A DNA stretch of 64,000 bases from the human T2T-CHM13v2.0 reference genome, Homo sapiens, in NCBI RefSeq assembly GCF_009914755.1, contig NC_060946.1; one strand, given 5' to 3'. The notes below the pieces were generated by a model. It was not told the DNA's origin and searched no databases. It saw nothing but the letters and a program-made list of their open reading frames with translations. This document shows, in pieces, positions 62,382 through 64,000 of the stretch. The number at the start of each line of letters is the position of its first letter. Position 1 is the first letter of the stretch. Both the position numbers and the translations under genes were made by a program.

Positions 62382-64000
62382 GTGAGTGACCCCACGGCCC
62401 CCCGGGCAGCTCCCAAGGGGACCACCCCTTCCAGTTTCCCTTTGTTCTCTCTTGGTGCTAAATCCACATGGATATTCATAGAGAAAAGACTAGAGGTAAA
62501 CTCAAACAAACACTCAAAGTAGATGCAAACTTGTGTACATGACACAGACACGTGTGCACACACTCTGCATATACTTGGGAACATGCGTGTATGTAACCTG
62601 ACGCTTCACGTGCAGTGGAGACACATAGGACGTGTGTGACGGGGCCTCTGTCTGTGTGATCCCACATTGACTCCCAGTGACTTGCACCCCACCAGCACAG
62701 TCCTTCAGAAACACCAGGTGTGTGGAACGCATGATTCCTGCGTAGCTGGCAGACATGTAAGGAGGTCAGTGTGAGAAAAGAGGCGTTTTTCCAAAGTGGA
62801 CAGATTGTCCAAGTGGGCAGAGCAGGCAGGCCCGGAGCAGCCAAGAGGAAATGAGGCCAGTTGGGCCTGGAGGTGCCCTGGTGAGTGCCCTGGGGCAGGG
62901 ATGGTCTGAGGGCAGCAGGTGAGGCTGGGCTGGTCCTCAGCCTGCAGGGAGGATGTGAAGGTGAAGGCTGCAGCTCCTGGGTTGGTGAGTGGCTGCTGTC
63001 CAGCCCTGCTGACCATCTGGTCCTTTGGGGGCCCCCGGGCTGGAGCTGGGTGCGTGTCTTGGGGGTGCCCTTGCAAGGAACCCTCAGGGGTCCCGGGAGG
63101 CCCCCAGATCCATGCATGTGCTTCTGTCCTGGAGAGCTGGTGGGCCAAGCAAACCTCTCCTGAGTGATGGTCACTGGGGGCCATCGGTGGTGTGTCTGGA
63201 TCAAGGGTGCATGCACCCTCCCTCTGCATGTGAAGGGCTCAGGCCTGGGGTTACTGTGTCCCCATCTCTGTGTCCCCACCTCTGAGAGTTTCCCAGCGAC
63301 TCCACCCCTGTACGGCCTGGACCCCTGCCCTGTGCTGAGCTCAGCAGAGGCCCAGGGAGGCAGGAGCTTCGCCACTGACCTTTTCCTGGGCCGGTGCCCT
63401 TTCCTCCTTCCTTGGCCTTGTTCTGCCTTGCTCTGACTGGTGGCTTAGAGTGTGGAAGGGACTTGGCCCCCTGTTCTCAGCCCGCGGAGGGTGGATAGGG
63501 CAGGGTCCAGATGGGAAATGGTTTCAGAGATTTGGGCCCTGGTTCAGACAGTATGGGAGAGGGGAGGGGAAGGAGAGGTAGGGGGATCCACACCTGTGGC
63601 GGGAGCGGGTCTTGAGCTCCCCCACGTGGTGGTGAGGAAGGTTCTGGTTTGAGGACTGTGTGGAGTGAGGGGCATTTGGACCTAAGTCTGAAGCTGACGG
63701 GGAGGGAGGGGGGTTTAGGCTGGAGTCAGAATTGGAGAGCAGCAAATGTTTTTTAGGTGTTTGTCATGTGCTGGGCCCTGTGCTGGGAGCCGGGATCACG
63801 GAGGCTCAGCTGGAAGCCTTGTGGGAGCAGTGGCTGTGACGGGGGCCGTGTGAGCGTGGGAGCTCCCTGGGCTGGCCTGAAGGAGTCAGAGAGGGCCTCA
63901 AAGCAGAGGCATTGTCTGAGCTGAGTCCTCTAGGTGGTCAGCGGCTGGGGCTGAGGGGACAGCCGTGTGTGCAGGGTCCGTGTGGCGCTCTACAGCTGTG

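Overview
Human (primate) genomic DNA from subtelomeric 22q13.33 containing the 5' half of SHANK3 on the + strand. Twelve coding exons join in frame through canonical GT-AG introns from ATG 38382 (extended start) or ATG 38607 (classical MDGPGAS start) to 62381. They encode the SPN domain, ankyrin repeats and SH3 domain, and the gene continues past the window. The first ~35 kb is intergenic and repeat-dense. It holds nested ERV1 LTRs, a ~4 kb 39/43-bp minisatellite grown inside an LTR8, a complete MER4A provirus with its target-site duplication (TSD), a MER41A solo LTR, many Alus, old L1 fragments and two Y-RNA pseudogenes. SHANK3 introns hold three different VNTRs (intron 7 ~88-bp, intron 8 G-rich, intron 9 59-bp), a U6 pseudogene and a second CpG-island promoter before exon 11. 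No new protein-coding system is supported. The best leads concern isoform control: an RBFOX-motif VNTR beside in-frame-skippable exons, a NAGNAG acceptor that would delete Lys22, a stop-free in-frame intron 4, and a three-ATG cassette at the intron-10 promoter. Exons are numbered from the first coding exon. Repeat subfamily names come from recalled consensus sequences and need RepeatMasker/Dfam confirmation.
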